Below are positions 49,195 to 51,816 of a stretch of 51,816 nt of DNA, in pieces. Numbering within the stretch: the first letter of the stretch is position 1; every line of letters begins with the position of its first letter. The notes beneath the pieces were generated by a model. It was not told where the DNA came from and did no database searches. It saw nothing but the letters and a program-made list of their open reading frames with translations. Source of the stretch: a virus (lineage: Duplodnaviria > Heunggongvirae > Uroviricota > Caudoviricetes); IMG/VR virus record IMGVR_UViG_2627854066_000007; one strand, 5' to 3'. The translations under genes and the position numbers were made by a program.

Positions 49195-49512
49195 AGTGAG
49201 ATCTTCTATACGAAATTGGTGTACATATCATAATGCATCTCAGAAAATAATTTTGATTATTTTTGTACATATTTGTATGTACACGTTCGAAAATAAACGA
49301 ATGCGTATGCAACCCCGTAATTTTGGTGAGACCCAAAATCGATTTTGTGAAAAATGGCCTTAACTCGGTTTGTTTTTCGAGTTCCGGGCGGACTCAAGGA
49401 AGAAGAATAGTGTTGCGTGTTATTTTAACCAGATTTCAAGTTGTTTGGTCGTGGAAAAGTGGAGCAAAATGTTGTTAAAGTGGAAAAATGATAAAAAAGT
49501 AAGTTTATTATA

Positions 49513-49746
49513 TTACATTTTACCATTTAAATTTTTGTTGTCTTTAAGAACTGATATCGCTGTTTGTAATAATTCTTTGTTATCCAGCCATGACTTTTTC
49601 TTTATGTTTCCTTCAATGTAATCAAGCAATGTTCTGGTATTGATAGGTCTTCCCTGTTTTGCTACTTCCACTACAGCATCCCCTAGGATAATTCTTACTT
49701 CAGGAAGCTGCGCAGGGAACCACTTTAGGGTGTCTTTTGATTTCAT
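49513..49746 (-). CDS. ydfK: YdfK-like small protein
   Basis: 77-aa ORF MKSKDTLKWFPAQLPEVRIILGDAVVEVAKQGRPI... with a long AT-rich leader. Confidence 0.65.
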   Translation of the reverse strand: MKSKDTLKWFPAQLPEVRIILGDAVVEVAKQGRPINTRTLLDYIEGNIKKKSWLDNKELLQTAISVLKDNKNLNGKM

Positions 49747-50526
49747 GAAGATATTCCTTAAAATATTATTGATTTTCATTGCGATATTGTATGTCTGATT
49801 CAGGATATGTTGACTTATACATCGGTTTTGTCTGGGTTATTGGATATGCCAATCCCTAATTTTATTAGAGCATGACTAAAAATGCTGAATATGATAAGGA
49901 GCGAAGTGATTATCAGTATGCTGTTCATATAGCCTCGAATTAGTAATGTGTTATATATGATATAGTTGACAATTTTTATCTTGGGTGTTCTTAAAGTTCG
50001 TAGATAAACATTGTCGTTTCAGGTATACAGGAATGCTAACAGGTGGCGGCAAAAATCAGGCGGTTTATGGCGCAAGCTGAAGTGGCAACTGCAAACTATC
50101 TTATGCAGAGACTCTACACGGATTGGGTTTAAAAGTATACATAGATAACAGTTTTTATCTGAAGAAGAAAAATATCAAGGTGATATAGCCTATATGCCTT
50201 TGATGCGGAGGAATGAATGTGATGGGAGTGATGTATCTGAATAGTTGAAAAACCGCAGACACGCCTTATGCAAGAACGTGCTGCGGTTGGCTGGTAAATT
50301 TTTCGATAGTGCGAGTATTGAATGATTTCCAGCCGTTATTGATTTTACGCGTAAATCCATGAAAAAACTACTTATCTGTTGGGGAGTTTTTTTTGGGGCA
50401 TATATGGGACAGGAATAGGCCCCAGATAGACACTGAGATCGAACTTAGGATGCTTTTTAAAAAATGCAACTATCTGAAAAAACCTAGAAAACGCCAAGGA
50501 AACCACAGGATGGGAAAAAACACCTG

Positions 50527-50541
50527 TGAATTATGGATTTC
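50527..50541. other. attR core (prophage right junction within ydfJ)
   Basis: TGAATTATGGATTTC, the counterpart of 3605-3620. Confidence 0.5.
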
Positions 50542-51816
50542 CAGTTATATTCGCTCGGTGCAGCGTTAGTGTTTCATGAAATATTTTTTCCTGAATCATC
50601 AACGGCAATGGCGTTAATTCTGGCAATGGGAACCTACGGTGCAGGTTATGTGGCGCGTATTGTCGGAGCATTTATTTTCGGCAAAATGGGCGACAGAATA
50701 GGGCGTAAAAAAGTGCTCTTTATTACCATCACCATGATGGGGATCTGTACCACCTTAATTGGTGTGTTACCGACCTATGCACAGATTGGTGTTTTTGCAC
50801 CCATCTTGCTGGTGACGCTGCGTATTATTCAGGGATTGGGTGCAGGTGCGGAAATTTCCGGTGCCGGTACGATGCTGGCGGAATATGCGCCAAAAGGTAA
50901 GCGCGGAATTATCTCCTCATTTGTGGCTATGGGAACTAACTGCGGAACCTTAAGCGCAACGGCAATCTGGGCCTTTATGTTCTTCATTCTCAGTAAAGAG
51001 GAACTGCTGGCGTGGGGATGGCGTATACCGTTCCTGGCGAGCGTTGTCGTGATGGTCTTTGCTATCTGGTTGCGTATGAATCTGAAAGAAAGCCCGGTCT
51101 TTGAGAAGGTTAACGACAGCAACCAACCGACAGCAAAACCTGCACCTGCTGGTAGCATGTTCCAGAGCAAATCCTTCTGGCTGGCAACAGGACTGCGTTT
51201 TGGTCAGGCAGGTAACTCCGGGTTAATTCAGACTTTCCTTGCAGGCTATTTAGTACAGACGTTATTGTTTAACAAAGCAATTCCAACAGATGCATTGATG
51301 ATCAGTTCGATTCTCGGCTTTATGACCATTCCGTTCCTTGGTTGGTTATCCGATAAAATTGGTCGCCGGATCCCGTATATTATTATGAATACCTCTGCGA
51401 TTGTGCTGGCGTGGCCAATGCTTTCTATCATCGTAGATAAAAGCTATGCCCCGAGCACCATTATGGTTGCACTGATTGTGATTCATAACTGTGCGGTGCT
51501 GGGATTATTTGCTCTGGAAAACATTACCATGGCAGAAATGTTCGGCTGTAAAAACCGCTTTACCCGGATGGCTATTTCAAAAGAAATTGGTGGTCTTATC
51601 GCTTCCGGTTTTGGTCCTATCCTGGCGGGTATTTTCTGCACCATGACGGAATCCTGGTATCCGATCGCCATTATGATCATGGCATATTCAGTGATTGGTT
51701 TAATCTCTGCGCTGAAAATGCCAGAAGTGAAAGACCGTGATTTAAGTGCGCTGGAAGACGCTGCGGAAGATCAACCGCGTGTTGTAAGAGCTGCGCAACC
51801 TTCCAGAAGTCTTTAA
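50533..51816 (+). pseudogene. ydfJ: ydfJ 3' portion (MFS transporter, sugar-porter/metabolite:H+ symporter-like) separated from its 5' end by the prophage
   Basis: 427-aa ORF with multiple hydrophobic helices and MFS signature GKMGDRIGRKK; begins within the att core and continues the 5' fragment at 3532-3620. Confidence 0.8.

Noticed and set aside
49200-50530. Searched the AT-rich non-coding stretch between pin, ydfK and attR for CRISPR repeats, tRNA genes or small ORFs with ribosome-binding sites
   Set aside because: No regularly spaced direct repeats, no tRNA-like cloverleaf candidates and no ORF with convincing start context; most likely the ydfK leader/promoter plus prophage-end sequence.

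Overview
This window is an Escherichia coli-type chromosomal segment carrying a ~47 kb lambdoid (Qin-like) prophage integrated inside the MFS transporter gene ydfJ. Left to right: rspB-like dehydrogenase; an IS66-family element inserted into codons 2-4 of ydfJ; the ydfJ 5' remnant and attL; int-xis-exo; the ydfD-dicB-dicF-ydfA operon; the dicA/dicC immunity switch; a replication module with in-gene iterons; an AT-rich moron encoding a stand-alone RelA/SpoT-like nucleotidyltransferase; hok; rem-like, ydfU and Q antiterminator; cold-shock genes (cspB, cspI, frameshifted cspF); the lysis cassette (holin, lysozyme, Rz/Rz1); cos; lambda-like head and tail genes; lom; stf/tfa; pin; ydfK; attR and the 3' part of ydfJ. 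Tail gene K is split by a second, non-identical IS66-family element, so the prophage is probably tail-defective. The most interesting candidate is the RelA/SpoT-like protein at 12750-13775, a possible fused toxSAS (CapRel-type) toxin-antitoxin or anti-phage module sitting where K-12 Qin carries relBE. All calls are from reading the sequence and recalled family knowledge; no database searches were run, and gene names are by recalled similarity.
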